This document shows positions 1 to 9,157 of a stretch of DNA of 64,000 bases, in pieces. How positions within the stretch are numbered: the first letter of the stretch is position 1; each line of letters starts with the position of its first letter. The DNA is taken from contig JBAOHR010000009.1 of NCBI GenBank assembly GCA_037045245.1, forward strand, positions 75,241-139,240. The letters are read 5' to 3'. The notes under the pieces are model-generated. The model had not been told where the DNA came from. It saw nothing but the letters and a program-made list of their open reading frames with translations, and did no database searches. Position numbers and translations under genes: made by a program. Source of the DNA: Gemmatimonadales bacterium (GTDB taxonomy: Bacteria; Gemmatimonadota; Gemmatimonadetes; Gemmatimonadales; GWC2-71-9).

Positions 1-433
1 GTGCCGAGCAGCCCGACGAACGGGGCGGTCGAACCGACGGTGCCGAGGACGCCCGAGCCGCGCTTGAACTCGGCCAGCGTGATCATCATCTGGCGCTCGA
101 CGGCGCGCTCGGCCGAGTTGATGTCGGCGGCGGTGATCGTCGCGCGGTCGCGGAGGAGCGGCTTGACCTCGGCCAGGGCGCCGCCGAGGACGCGGGCGAC
201 GTGCGAGTCCTTGTTCTTCTCGGCCATCGTGATGGCCTGCTCGATGTTCTCTTCCTGGATGGCGCGCGAGAACTGCGGCGCGAACTTCCGGGTGGCGCCC
301 TCGCTCTTCTTGATCTTGATCAGCTTCTGGATCGTGATCGTCAGCGAGTACACCGACATGATCGCCAGCAAGATGACGATGCCTTTGGCGAAGTAGCCCG
401 CGTCTGACCAGAGCTTCAAGAGTGACGTATTCA
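1..433 (-). CDS. exbB: MotA/TolQ/ExbB-family proton channel (ExbB-like); 3' end runs off the window
   Basis: Own translation of the minus strand from ATG 433-431: MNTSLLKLWSDAGYFAKGIVILLAIMSVYSLTITIQKLIKIKKSEGATRKFAPQFSRAIQEENIEQAITMAEKNKDSHVARVLGGALAEV...GSGVLGTVGSTAPFVGLLGT. It has a TM helix, and the GTxxSxAPxxGLLGT block is typical of ExbB/TolQ. It lies directly downstream of tonB. It is absent from the ORF track because no stop lies inside the window. Confidence 0.8.
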
Positions 434-505
434 TCGCTCAACCTCTTCCGGGTGGATGGCTGGCCGCGACGGCGCGGCCCTGGGTTCCTGCGGCGTGATG
501 CGCCG

Positions 506-1216
506 TCAGCGGATATCGAATGCGATTGACTGCTGGACCAGCTGGCGCACGGGCTGCCCGCGCATCTTCGCCGGCTTGAAGCGGGCCCGGCCGATCGCCG
601 TGACCGCCGGCTCCTCGAAGGCCTTGTTCGTGCTGCTCATCACCTTGATCGACGAGCGCTCGACGCGGCCGTCGGTTCCCACGATGAACTGGAGCGTCAC
701 GCGGCCGGCGATGCCGGCGGCCCGCAGCGAGGGCGGGAAGACCGGGTCGGCGCCGTCGATGTACGCGACGGGGTCGTCGACCTGGTCCTGCGTGAAGGTC
801 TCGCCGGCGACGATGTCGCCGACCGGACCGGTGCCGCCAATGATGCCCTTGGCGATGCCGCCCTCGACGCCCTTACCCGAGAAGTCCTTCGCGTCGAACT
901 TCTCGTTCAGGTTCACCGGCGGGATCTCCGTCGGGATCTTGTCCGGCGGCATGATCGTCTGGAATCCCTGCGGGGGGGGATTGTTGGAGACGATGACGTC
1001 CGGCGGCACCTCGTCGGGTGGCGGCGGCGGGGGCGGCTCGGGGGGCTTGATGAACACCGCGGTGGTGTCCTCAAGGATCTGCTTCACCGTCTCGGCCGCC
1101 CCTTGGGTGGCTTTCACGGCGCCGAAGACCAGCAGGATGTGGACGACCACCGAGACGGCAGTCTGCCCGATGGTGCGATCCTTCTTCGGCTTGGACTCGA
1201 TCAGGTTTTCAAACAC
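506..1216 (-). CDS. tonB: TonB family energy transducer
   Basis: ORF 506..1435 (-). It has an N-terminal TM segment (TAVSVVVHILLVFGAV) and a Pro-rich spacer (PPEPPPPPPPDEVPP). The C-terminal TonB domain reads GRVTLQFIVGTDGRVERSSIKVMSSTNKAFEEPAVTAIGRARFKPAKMRGQPV. I moved the start to GTG 1216 (GGAGG 9 nt upstream) because the upstream part of the ORF overlaps the kinase 3' end. Confidence 0.85.
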   Translation of the reverse strand: MFENLIESKPKKDRTIGQTAVSVVVHILLVFGAVKATQGAAETVKQILEDTTAVFIKPPEPPPPPPPDEVPPDVIVSNNPPPQGFQTIMPPDKIPTEIPPVNLNEKFDAKDFSGKGVEGGIAKGIIGGTGPVGDIVAGETFTQDQVDDPVAYIDGADPVFPPSLRAAGIAGRVTLQFIVGTDGRVERSSIKVMSSTNKAFEEPAVTAIGRARFKPAKMRGQPVRQLVQQSIAFDIR

Positions 1217-1326
1217 GCGGACGAACCTCCGCAAGTGGGGCGGGACCAGCAGACTCGGCAAGGAATGTGGCGGGGCGACTTCGCGACCCGCGTCACCGCC
1301 GGATGACAATTCAATGACAACTTGCG

Positions 1327-2849
1327 TTAGCGATTCCCCTCGACCGGCAGGGATGGCGGCGCGGGATCGAGCTTCGGGATCGTCACCGCGAAGGTACTCC
1401 CCCGCCCGGCCGGCTCTGGACCTGGACCGAGCCACCGTGCGCCTCCGCGACCCACTTCACGATCGCCAGGCCCAGCCCCGTCCCGGGGCGGTCGCCGGTC
1501 CGCGACCGCGCCGGATCGGCGCGCCAGAAGCGGTCGAAGACATGTTCCAGGTCGCCCGGAGCGATCCCGATCCCGGTGTCCTGCACGGAGAGAATCGCCG
1601 CATCGGGCTGATCGAGCAAGGTCAGCGTCACCGTCCCGCCTGCCGGGGTGTACTTGACGGCGTTGGTGACGAGGTTCATGCAGGAGCTGGCGCATCCGCG
1701 GCGGGTCGAGCGGCACCTCCACGGCGACGTCCGGAAGTTCCAGCACCACCGGTGCACGCGCTGCTGCTCGCCAAGGATCTCCGCCGTCTCCGCCGGCTTC
1801 CGCCATCAGGCCGCGGAGGTCCGGCGGGTCGAAGGACGAGCGAGGCGCGTCCTTCGTCGGCCCGGGCGAGCGTGAGCAGGTTGGTGACGAGGTCGCTCAT
1901 CTGGTTGATCTGTCGGAGCGTCTCGTCGAGCGAGGCCACCAGCTCCGCGGGCGTGCGCGGATCGGTCAGCGAGCGCTCCACGCCGGCGCGCAGCACCATC
2001 AGCGGCGTCTTGAGTTCGTGCGAGGCGTCGGCGGTGAAGCGACGGAGCGCCACGAACGACTGCTCGACGCGGTCCAGCATCGCGTTGAGGTTCTGCGCCA
2101 GGCGGCTGAGCTCGTCCTGCCCCGGCGGCACCGGCGATCCGGCGGTGGAGGGAGCGGCCGTCGCGCATCGCGACGAGTTCCTCGACCATGGTGTCCATCG
2201 GCTGCAGGGCGCGGCCGGCGAGCCAGTAGCCGAGGACGATCGAGGCGACGAGGATCACCGGTGCCACAATCAGCATCGCCATCAACAGCTCGTTCGGGCC
2301 GTAGCCGGTGGTCTCGTCCGGGCGCGCCGCGAGCAGCACCGCACGCACCTCGCGCACCGAGTCGGTCGGCAGCATGTAGTAGCGGAACGGCTCGCCATCG
2401 GGCGTGAGCCGGAGGCGACCCGAGCGCAGCATCACGGGGGTGCGGATCAGGATGTCGCGAACCGCGGAGAGGGACGCCGGCTCGAGGTCGTTCGCGGACT
2501 GCGACACGAAGAGGAGGCGGCCCGAGGGGTCGGCAACAAAGAGGTAGTCCTGGCCGAGCCCCTGGAAGTAGCCGCGGATTTCGGGGAGGAGGTCCCAGGT
2601 GGAGTCGGCCGGATTGGTGGAGCCGATCCGGCGCATCCCGCGCACCAGGCGCGGATAGATGCGCGACTGCTGCTCCAGCCAGGAGACCGCGAAGTTCGCC
2701 TCGACCTTCAATCGCGTCTCGACCCGCTCCTCGCGTTCGCGCGCGGCCGCGCTGCGCCGATCGAGGTAGAGCGCGGCGCCGAAGACGCCGAGGGTGGTGG
2801 TGAGCGCCAGCGCGTAGGAGAGGGAGAGCCGGCGCCGGATCGATTGCAC
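1327..2849 (-). pseudogene. Sensor histidine kinase (TM-HAMP-HisKA-HATPase_c); reading frame broken at least 4 times as written
   Basis: The domains are spread over four minus-strand ORFs. N-terminal TM/sensor/HAMP is in 1806..2849 (MQSIRRRLSLSYALALTT...LQPMDTMVEELVAM). HisKA is in 1676..2131 (ELSRLAQNLNAMLDRVEQSFVALRRFTADASHELKTPL). The linker is in 1327..1806 (VVLELPDVAVEVPLDPPRMRQLL). HATPase_c is in 1383..1757 (MNLVTNAVKYTPAGG...DTGIGIAPGDLEHVFDRFWRAD...GTGLGLAIVKWVAEAHGGSV). The tail returns to the 1327 frame (GSTFAVTIPKL). Frame breaks lie near 2140, 1810, 1685 and 1400. Confidence 0.8.
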
Positions 2850-2855
2850 GGCTGG

Positions 2856-3524
2856 CTAGCCCTTGACGACGTAGCCGACGCCGCGAACGGTGTGCACCAG
2901 CTTCTGCGTGGCACCGGCGTCGACCTTCTTGCGGAGCCGGTTGATCACCACGTCGACGATGTTCGTGCCCGGGTCGAAGTGGTAGTCCCACGCGTACTCG
3001 GTGATCAGCGTGCGCGACATGACGCGGCCCTGGTGGCGCATCAGGTACTCGAGGACGGCGTACTCCTTCGGCGTGAGCTCCACCAGCACGCCGGCGCGAC
3101 GGACTTCGCGCGCGTCGAGGTCGACCTCGAGGTCGGCAACGCGGAGCGAGCGCGACGAGAGAAGCCGCGGCCGGCGCGAGAGCGCCTCGATGCGCGCGAG
3201 GAGTTCGTCGAACGCGAACGGCTTGGTGACGTAGTCGTCGGCGCCGGCGCGGAGCGCGTCGACCTTGAACTCGACGCTGTCCTGCGCCGTGAGCACCAGC
3301 ACCGGCATGGTGAGGCCGCGGTCGCGCAGCGTGCGCAACACCTCGAGGCCGGTCATCCCCGGCAGGCGCAGGTCGAGGATCACGAGGTCGTACGCCGTGG
3401 CGGTCATCAGGCGCAGCGCCTCCGCCCCGTCCGGGACCCAGTCGGCGAGGTATTGCTGCTCCTCGAGCCCGCGCTTGACGTACTGGCCGACGGTCTTGTC
3501 GTCCTCCACCACGAGCAGCTTCAT
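2856..3524 (-). CDS. OmpR/PhoB-family response regulator (receiver + winged-helix DNA binding)
   Basis: Intact 222-aa ORF. Receiver domain: MKLLVVEDD...DLVILDLRLPGMTGLEVL...VLVLTAQDSVEFKVDALRAGADDYVTKPFAFDELLARI. Trans_reg_C: VELTPKEYAVLEYLMRHQGRVMSRTLI...NIVDVVINRLRKKVD...VHTVRGVGYVV. Its start overlaps the stop of the upstream kinase (ATGA). Confidence 0.93.
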   Translation of the reverse strand: MKLLVVEDDKTVGQYVKRGLEEQQYLADWVPDGAEALRLMTATAYDLVILDLRLPGMTGLEVLRTLRDRGLTMPVLVLTAQDSVEFKVDALRAGADDYVTKPFAFDELLARIEALSRRPRLLSSRSLRVADLEVDLDAREVRRAGVLVELTPKEYAVLEYLMRHQGRVMSRTLITEYAWDYHFDPGTNIVDVVINRLRKKVDAGATQKLVHTVRGVGYVVKG

Positions 3525-4985
3525 GGCGTGCGGTCCTCGCGAGCGATGGGGAGCGCCATCCGGAAGAGCGACCCGCGCCCCGGTTCGCTGCGCACGTCGA
3601 GCCGTCCCTGATGGTCGGCGACGATGCCGTAGCAGATGGCGAGGCCCAGGCCGGTCCCGCGCGAGGGCCCCTTCGTGGTGTAGAACGGCTCGAACACCTT
3701 CGGGAGCACGTCCGGCGGGATGCCCGGCCCGTCATCCTGGATACTCCACGACGACGAACGTCGCCCTCGACCCGCGTGCGCACGACCACCTGGCCGCGCC
3801 CGCCGGTGGCATCGGCCGCGTTCAGCAGGATCGCCATCGCCGCCTGGATCAGCCGCTCCGCGTTGCCCCAGCACCGAGCGGCAGCGGCTCGGTGAACTCC
3901 CGCGCCACCTGCAGCCGCCGGAAGCGCTGGTGGTGCTTCAGGAGGTAGAGGGTGCGCTCGAGCACGCCGTGGAGGTCGGTCGGCTCCATCGCTCCCCCGG
4001 CGCGTCCCGCCCGCGAGAAGTCGAGCAGGCCGTCGACGATGTTGGTGCAGCGCACGACCTCGCTCTCGATGATGTCGAGATACTCGCGCACGACCGGCTC
4101 CGCCGACGCCCCGAGCCGCGACGAGATCGCCGCGACGCAGGCGCCGATCGTCGCGAGCGGGTTGTTGATCTCGTGCATCACGCCGGCGGCGAGCTGACCG
4201 ACGGCCGCGAGCTTCTCGGTCTGCTGCATCGCCCGCTGGAGCGCGCGCGTCTCGGTGACGTCCTCGCCGATGGTGATGACGTGGCTGATCCCGTCGCCGT
4301 CGAGCCGCATCGGGAGGCGCGACGTGCGGAACGTCCGTCGCTCCTCGCCGCTGGCCACCTCCTGCTCCGTCTCGAAGACCTCGCCGGTCCGGAAGACGTG
4401 GTCGAACTCGGCGAGCAGCATCGCGGCGTCCTGCCGGTGGAGCACCTCGGCGACTGGCCGTCCGATCACGTCATCGCGCCGCAATCCCTGCGTCCCGGTC
4501 TCGCGCTTCCGGTTCCACGCCACGATCCGGTACTGGCGATCGACGACGTAGAGGCCGACGGGCAGCGAGTCGATCGTGAGCCGCGCGAGTCGCCGCTCCA
4601 CGCCCTGGTCGTCGGTGGCGCCGTCCTCGAGCACCGGCAGGACGGTCGCGAGCAGCGCGGCGACGGCGTCGAGGACCGGCCGCAGCTCGGCGGGCGGACG
4701 TCGACTCCCGAGCACCTCGAGGACGGCCGGGCGATCGGTGCGCCACGGCACCGCGACGGCGAAGAGGTCGGCGGGCGTCTCGCGCGGGGCGCCGGCGCGA
4801 CGCTCCCCGGAGCGCAGGCGCACTTCTTCGGCGGGCAGCGTCGTGCGGAGATGTTCGCAGAGCGCGCGCAGGCGGGTCGCCGAGGTGCCGGGCGCGCCGA
4901 GCACCCGCGCGGCACCGACCACGACGGCCAGCGGCGGCGCCAGCAACGGCGCGGCCGGGCTCAGGGTGCCGACCGGATCCGCCAT
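3521..4985 (-). pseudogene. PAS-domain sensor histidine kinase; frame broken twice near the ATPase domain as written
   Basis: ORF 3849..4985 gives the sensor region, PAS (LYVVDRQYRIVAWNRKRE...ITIGEDVTE) and HisKA (LAAGVMHEINNPLATI). The N-box (MAILLNAADATGGRGQVVV) lies in the frame of ORF 1999..3837. The G boxes (DDGPGIPPDVLPKVFEPFYTTK...GTGLGLAICYGIV) lie in ORF 3521..3874. Breaks are near 3855 and 3755. Confidence 0.8.
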
Positions 4986-5452
4986 GGCCCGAATTGGGTG
5001 TGGGCAATCCGCCAGGTGCCGTCGCGGCGGCCGAGGGTGAGCAGGTCGGTTGCCTCGACCTCACCGCCTTCCCCGCCCGCCGGCGCCGTCAGGACGACCC
5101 GCGCCACCGCGGTGTTGCCGTCGACGCGGAACTCGCTGTGGACGAGTCGTGGCGCCGCCCCGGCCGTGCGGCGCTCCGGCACGCCGAGGAGTGCGAGCAT
5201 CGGCACCAGCGTCACGTTCCGCCCGGTCGCATCGAGCAAGGCGCTCCCTCCGGTGAAGGCCACCGCTTCCAACGCGGCGGTGTCGCGCGCGGCCAGCGCG
5301 CGGTAGAAGCCGTCGACGGCGGTCTGCACCGCCGCGTCGTCGCGCCGTGATCCGCTCGGCGGACGCACCTCGAGCTGGCATCCGGCGAGGCCGGCCACCA
5401 GCAGGAGTCCCGCAAGCCGACGCCACGCGCCGGCCGGGTGGTGCAGGGTCAC
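4961..5452 (-). CDS. Lipoprotein with NTF2-like (SnoaL/DUF4440-type) fold
   Basis: C-terminal part of ORF 4961..6679. It has a signal/lipobox ([17 protein letters not shown]), followed by [25 protein letters not shown]...[13 protein letters not shown]...[14 protein letters not shown], a pattern typical of DUF4440/SnoaL-like proteins. The GTG start at 5452 overlaps the peroxiredoxin stop (GTGA). Confidence 0.55.
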   Translation of the reverse strand: MTLHHPAGAWRRLAGLLLVAGLAGCQLEVRPPSGSRRDDAAVQTAVDGFYRALAARDTAALEAVAFTGGSALLDATGRNVTLVPMLALLGVPERRTAGAAPRLVHSEFRVDGNTAVARVVLTAPAGGEGGEVEATDLLTLGRRDGTWRIAHTQFGPWRIRSAP

Positions 5453-5910
5453 CCGAGCGCCGCGAGCTGCTCGAGCAGTTCGGCGTTGGCGCGGGAGTGC
5501 CCGAGTTCCGATTCGACGTGCGTCCAGCGTACCGTCCCGGTCTTGTCGATCAGGATGTAGGCGCGCTTCGCCACAAAGGCCTCCTCGAAGTACACCCCGT
5601 ACGCCCGCGACACTTCGCGCTTCGAGTCCGACAGCAGATCGATCGTCATTTTCTCGTGGGTCTTGAACGCCTTGAGGGCTGGGACCCAGTCGACACTGAT
5701 CGGGAGGACCACGGTATCCGCCGAGGCGAAGCGGCCGTAGTCCTCGGAGATGGCACAGAGTTCGGTGGTGCAGACACCGCTGAACGCCGCAGGGAAGAAC
5801 GCGAGAAGCACATGCTTGCCGCCCCGGAACTCCGAGAGCGTCACGGTCGACCCCGACGTGGAGGGGAGCGTGAAATCCGGTGCGGGGGAGCCGACTGCAG
5901 GGACGGTCAT
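5449..5910 (-). CDS. Peroxiredoxin (AhpC/TSA, thiol-specific antioxidant family)
   Basis: ORF 5449..6072, with the start set at ATG 5910 ([52 protein letters not shown]...). The peroxidatic Cys sits in an FxxVCTxE context, and the length of about 153 aa fits the family. Confidence 0.85.
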   Translation of the reverse strand: MTVPAVGSPAPDFTLPSTSGSTVTLSEFRGGKHVLLAFFPAAFSGVCTTELCAISEDYGRFASADTVVLPISVDWVPALKAFKTHEKMTIDLLSDSKREVSRAYGVYFEEAFVAKRAYILIDKTGTVRWTHVESELGHSRANAELLEQLAALG

Positions 5911-5921
5911 CGGGAGGCCTC

Positions 5922-6535
5922 TCAGCGGCCGGCCGCGTAGCGACGGCCGACCTCGGTCCAGTTGACGACATGCCACCATGCGGCGACGTAGTCGGGGCGG
6001 CGGTTCTGATAGTGCAGGTAGTACGCATGCTCCCAGACGTCGCACGCCGAGCAGCGGCGTCCGTCCTTCCATCGATCGGCGAGTCCTGGTTCGCGGTGCT
6101 CTCGATCAGGAGGGTGCCGTCGGCCGCGCGCGACAACCAGCCCCAGCCCGAGCCGAAGCGCGTGGTGCACGCCTTGACGAACTGTTCCTGGAATCCGGCG
6201 AACGAGCCGAAGGTCGCGTCGATCGCGACCGCCAGGTCGCCCGTGGGCGCGGTCGCGCCGCCCGGCGCCATGATCTCCCAGAAGAGGGTGTGGTTGGCGT
6301 GGCCACCACCGTTGTTCCGCACCGCCGTGCGCTTCGCCTCGGGCACCTGGGCCAGGTCGGCGATCAACTGCTCGATCGGCAGCGCCAACAGGGCGTCCTG
6401 CCCCTCGAGCGCGGCGTTCAGGTTGGTCACGTACGCCGCATGGTGCTTGTCGTGGTGGATCCGCATCGTCTGCTCGTCGATGTGCGGCTCGAGGGCAGTG
6501 TAGTCGTAGGGGAGGGGGGGCAGCGAGAACGGCAT
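5922..6535 (-). pseudogene. Fe/Mn superoxide dismutase; two 1-nt frame breaks 30 nt apart as written
   Basis: The N-terminal 150 aa in the frame of ORF 4961..6679 read [40 protein letters not shown]...[14 protein letters not shown]...GSGWGWL...STANQDSPI. The next 10 aa (MEGRTPLLG) lie in the frame of ORF 5449..6072. The C-terminus ([31 protein letters not shown]) lies in ORF 5922..6677. Deleting one G at about 6073 and one at about 6045 restores a canonical SOD. GAGGAG lies upstream of the ATG. Confidence 0.9.
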
Positions 6536-6730
6536 AAGGCAACTCCTCAGGGAGATGGAGACACGCCCCGAATATGGGCGCTGGCGGGAGCCAGAGCAAC
6601 GCGGTGCAACCCCCTTCCCGTCGATGCGGGACGGAGGCAACTTCCGCCGTGGAGACGGGCCGCTTCCATCCCTCCACACACGCTGCCGATACTCAGGCAG
6701 GTCTTCCCCTGTCCCGGAACCGTGCGCGCC

Positions 6731-7249
6731 ATGTCGCTTTCACTCCGCTTTGCCCTCACCACCCCCGGTCGCGCCGTCGTGGCCCTCGAAGCCGACGACC
6801 TGCGGGTGGCGATGCAGGCCACCGACGACACCGACGCCCTCGGCGACCTGACCCGGGCGGCGGTGACGCTCCTCGAAGGCGCCGACCGCGCCACCGTGGT
6901 CCTCGAGGACGCTCCGGGAGTGCACGAGTGGACGTTCGAGCGCCAGGACGACCTCGTCCAGCTGCGGATCCACAGCTGGGCCGATCGACGCTCCGGCAGC
7001 GCCGAGATGACGCTCTCGCAGGAGCGGACGGTGGCGATCGTCTGTCCCCTGTCGGTCATTGCGCGCGAGTTGGTGTTGGTGCTCGACGTGCTGTGGGTCG
7101 GACACGGCCCCGAAGGGTGGAGCCGACTCTCGCCACGGCATCCCTACCCTGCTGCCGAGCGCCGTCGACTGCGCCAGCTCCTCTCCGTCGCCGCGCGGCG
7201 CACCGCCGAACAGGCCGGACTGGCCGACGGCTCACTCCCCGAGGAATAG
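6731..7249 (+). CDS. Hypothetical protein
   Basis: Downstream part of ORF 5978..7249, starting at ATG 6731 ([33 protein letters not shown]...). Codon bias is consistent with coding. I recognise no domain. Confidence 0.45.
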   Translation: MSLSLRFALTTPGRAVVALEADDLRVAMQATDDTDALGDLTRAAVTLLEGADRATVVLEDAPGVHEWTFERQDDLVQLRIHSWADRRSGSAEMTLSQERTVAIVCPLSVIARELVLVLDVLWVGHGPEGWSRLSPRHPYPAAERRRLRQLLSVAARRTAEQAGLADGSLPEE

Positions 7250-7519
7250 CGCGGCGGCACGCTCCGGCGCGAGGCCCTGGACCTCGACCACCTTGCTGCG
7301 CGAGGCAGCACCCCGCACCAGCGTCACCTGCCGTCCCGGCACGCCACTCCGTTCCGCGACAAACGCCAGCAGCGCCTCGTTCGCCCGCCCGTCGATGGGC
7401 GGCGCGGCGAGGCGCACCTTGATGGCATCGCCGTGGCGACCCGCCACGACGGTCTGGCGCGCCCCCGGCTGGACGTGCAGCATCAGCTGCACGCCACCAG
7501 GCACGGCGCGGATGCTCAC
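7232..7519 (-). CDS. DUF167 (YggU-like) family protein
   Basis: ORF 7232..7645 trimmed to GTG 7519: VSIRAVPGGVQLMLHVQPGARQTVVAGRHGDAIKVRLAAPPIDGRANEALLAFVAERSGVPGRQVTLVRGAASRSKVVEV. This matches the DUF167 pattern (V.PgA....i.g.....lkv.v.ApP.dGkAN..l..fla). The start overlaps the upstream stop (GTGA). Confidence 0.7.
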   Translation of the reverse strand: MSIRAVPGGVQLMLHVQPGARQTVVAGRHGDAIKVRLAAPPIDGRANEALLAFVAERSGVPGRQVTLVRGAASRSKVVEVQGLAPERAAALFLGE

Positions 7520-8958
7520 GGCTTCTTCGGCACTCCGACGGTCGGTGCAGTCGGCGGGGTGACTCCCGTCCCCGGCAAGCCGCCCGGCGCCTGCGGCGCG
7601 CCCGGTTGCACCGCGGTCGTATCGTTGGCATGGAGCTCCGCCCACAGCGTCTGCGTCGTCTTGAGCACCTTGCTGATCGAGGCCGTGTCGACCGTCACCT
7701 CGAACTTGGCGCGGAGCACCCCCGACAGCGCCCCGGGGAGCGGACGATACCGGGACCGCCCGAGCACCATCGAATCGACGAACACCGACGGCGCCTGGGC
7801 CGCGGGGACGCCGGCAGTGCGGGTGTCAAACTCGGTCAGCACTTCGGCCACCGCGGCATGATACTGGGGCGCGAGCAGGCCGCGCGCCTTCGGCGCGACC
7901 TGGTGGCTGGCCCCGGCCCGCGCGAGGATCAACTCGCGCTGGCTCATCTCGCGCAGGAACGCGGTCAGTGCCGCATCCGACGCCACCGCGAGGGTGGCGC
8001 GCTCGGCTGCGGGAATCATCACGATCCAATCGTGCGCCAGCTCCGGCGTGAGCGTGCCGCCCTGCCAGGTGGCGAGCGGACCGCCGGCGGCAACGCGCAT
8101 CGGCTCCGACAGCATCGCCCGGACGCGGTCGCGGGCATCGCCCGCGATTTCGATGTTCGCCGCGCGCGAGAGCGAGTCGACGAAGGTCGAGTCGGCACGG
8201 CGGCTGAACCGCGGCGCGAGCCACCGCTTGAGGCCCTGCCGGGATTCGACCAGCATGGCGCGGCGGATGATGTGCAACCCGATCGGCGACGGGATGATGC
8301 GCGAGACTTCGCCGGCCCCGAGGCCCCAGGCGATCGCGCGGATCTGCGGCGGGAGGTCCTCTCGCGCGACGGCGGGGAGGAAGCCATTGGTCTTGACCGT
8401 CGCCGTGTCCTCCGACACCTCCTGAACCAGCTTGGTGAAGTCCTCCGTCTTCGCGCGCTCGAGGATCGCACGCGCGCGGTCCGCGACCCGCACGATGGCC
8501 ATCGAGTCGGCGCCTTTCGGAAACGCGAGGAAGAGATGCTGGAGCACGCGGACGTTGTCGGACTTGCCGAGCGAATCCGCCTGGGCATCGGTCGGTGCCG
8601 GCCGGGCGTTGGCCCGGCCCGCCCAGAACTCCAGGATCATCCCGCGCGCGGCGTCCGGCCCGATGGCCGCGTCGGTGACGGCGGAATCATTCAACGACAT
8701 CCCGGTGAGCTTCGACTGCTGGACCAGCGCGGCGTCGAGCCAGGAGCCGACCAGGATGGCCGCCGTCGAGTTCGTCGGCGGGGTGGGTGACTTCAGCAGC
8801 CATTGCTGCAGCGCCTTGCCCGACACCTTGGCGTCCCCGACCTGCACGACGGTGGCATCAAGGGCATCCTGCGGCACGGCATCCTTGCCGCAGGCCGCGG
8901 CGAGGACCAACGCCGCCATCACGGCGGACGATCGGAAGGAGCGAGGGAATGCGCGCAT
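7516..8958 (-). CDS. Parvulin-type peptidyl-prolyl isomerase lipoprotein (SurA/PrsA-like)
   Basis: ORF 7516..9027, with the start set at ATG 8958 (MRAFPRSFRSSAVMAALVLAAACG lipobox). The PpiC/rotamase core reads RVLQHLFLAF...RARAILERAKTEDFTKLVQEVSEDTATVKTNGFLPAV...GEVSRIIPSPIGLHIIR. Confidence 0.7.
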   Translation of the reverse strand: MRAFPRSFRSSAVMAALVLAAACGKDAVPQDALDATVVQVGDAKVSGKALQQWLLKSPTPPTNSTAAILVGSWLDAALVQQSKLTGMSLNDSAVTDAAIGPDAARGMILEFWAGRANARPAPTDAQADSLGKSDNVRVLQHLFLAFPKGADSMAIVRVADRARAILERAKTEDFTKLVQEVSEDTATVKTNGFLPAVAREDLPPQIRAIAWGLGAGEVSRIIPSPIGLHIIRRAMLVESRQGLKRWLAPRFSRRADSTFVDSLSRAANIEIAGDARDRVRAMLSEPMRVAAGGPLATWQGGTLTPELAHDWIVMIPAAERATLAVASDAALTAFLREMSQRELILARAGASHQVAPKARGLLAPQYHAAVAEVLTEFDTRTAGVPAAQAPSVFVDSMVLGRSRYRPLPGALSGVLRAKFEVTVDTASISKVLKTTQTLWAELHANDTTAVQPGAPQAPGGLPGTGVTPPTAPTVGVPKKP

Positions 8959-9157
8959 GAGGGATCTGGGGCTCGAGGAAGGGGCTGGTGCCCCGGTCAG
9001 GTCCGGCAACAGAGGAAACTTGGCCATGGGGGACAGCTAGGCAAAGGGTGGGCCAGAAACGAGGAAAGGGGCGGGAGCCTAGGCCCGGAGGCGACCTCGC
9101 CCCCGTCCCGACTCTCCGCCCCTCCCCCACCCCAGCAATCGGGGTGTCCGGCGCCCC

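Noticed and set aside
456-3611. Very long ORFs on the strand opposite to recognisable genes. Examples are 456..3611 (+, 1051 aa), 39533..42715 (+, 1060 aa), 56738..59536 (-, 932 aa), 60000..62294 (-, 764 aa) and 1999..3837 (-, 612 aa).
   Set aside because: Their translations are Arg/Ala/Gly/Pro-rich low-complexity sequence with no motifs. Each lies antisense or out of frame to a gene with clear family signatures. Such shadow ORFs are expected in very GC-rich DNA, where stop codons are rare.
9028-9157. G-rich intergenic region with a CCTAGG-centred palindrome between the parvulin and M28 peptidase genes.
   Set aside because: It contains only short stems of 4-8 bp and no repeat structure or conserved motif that I could relate to anything else in the window.
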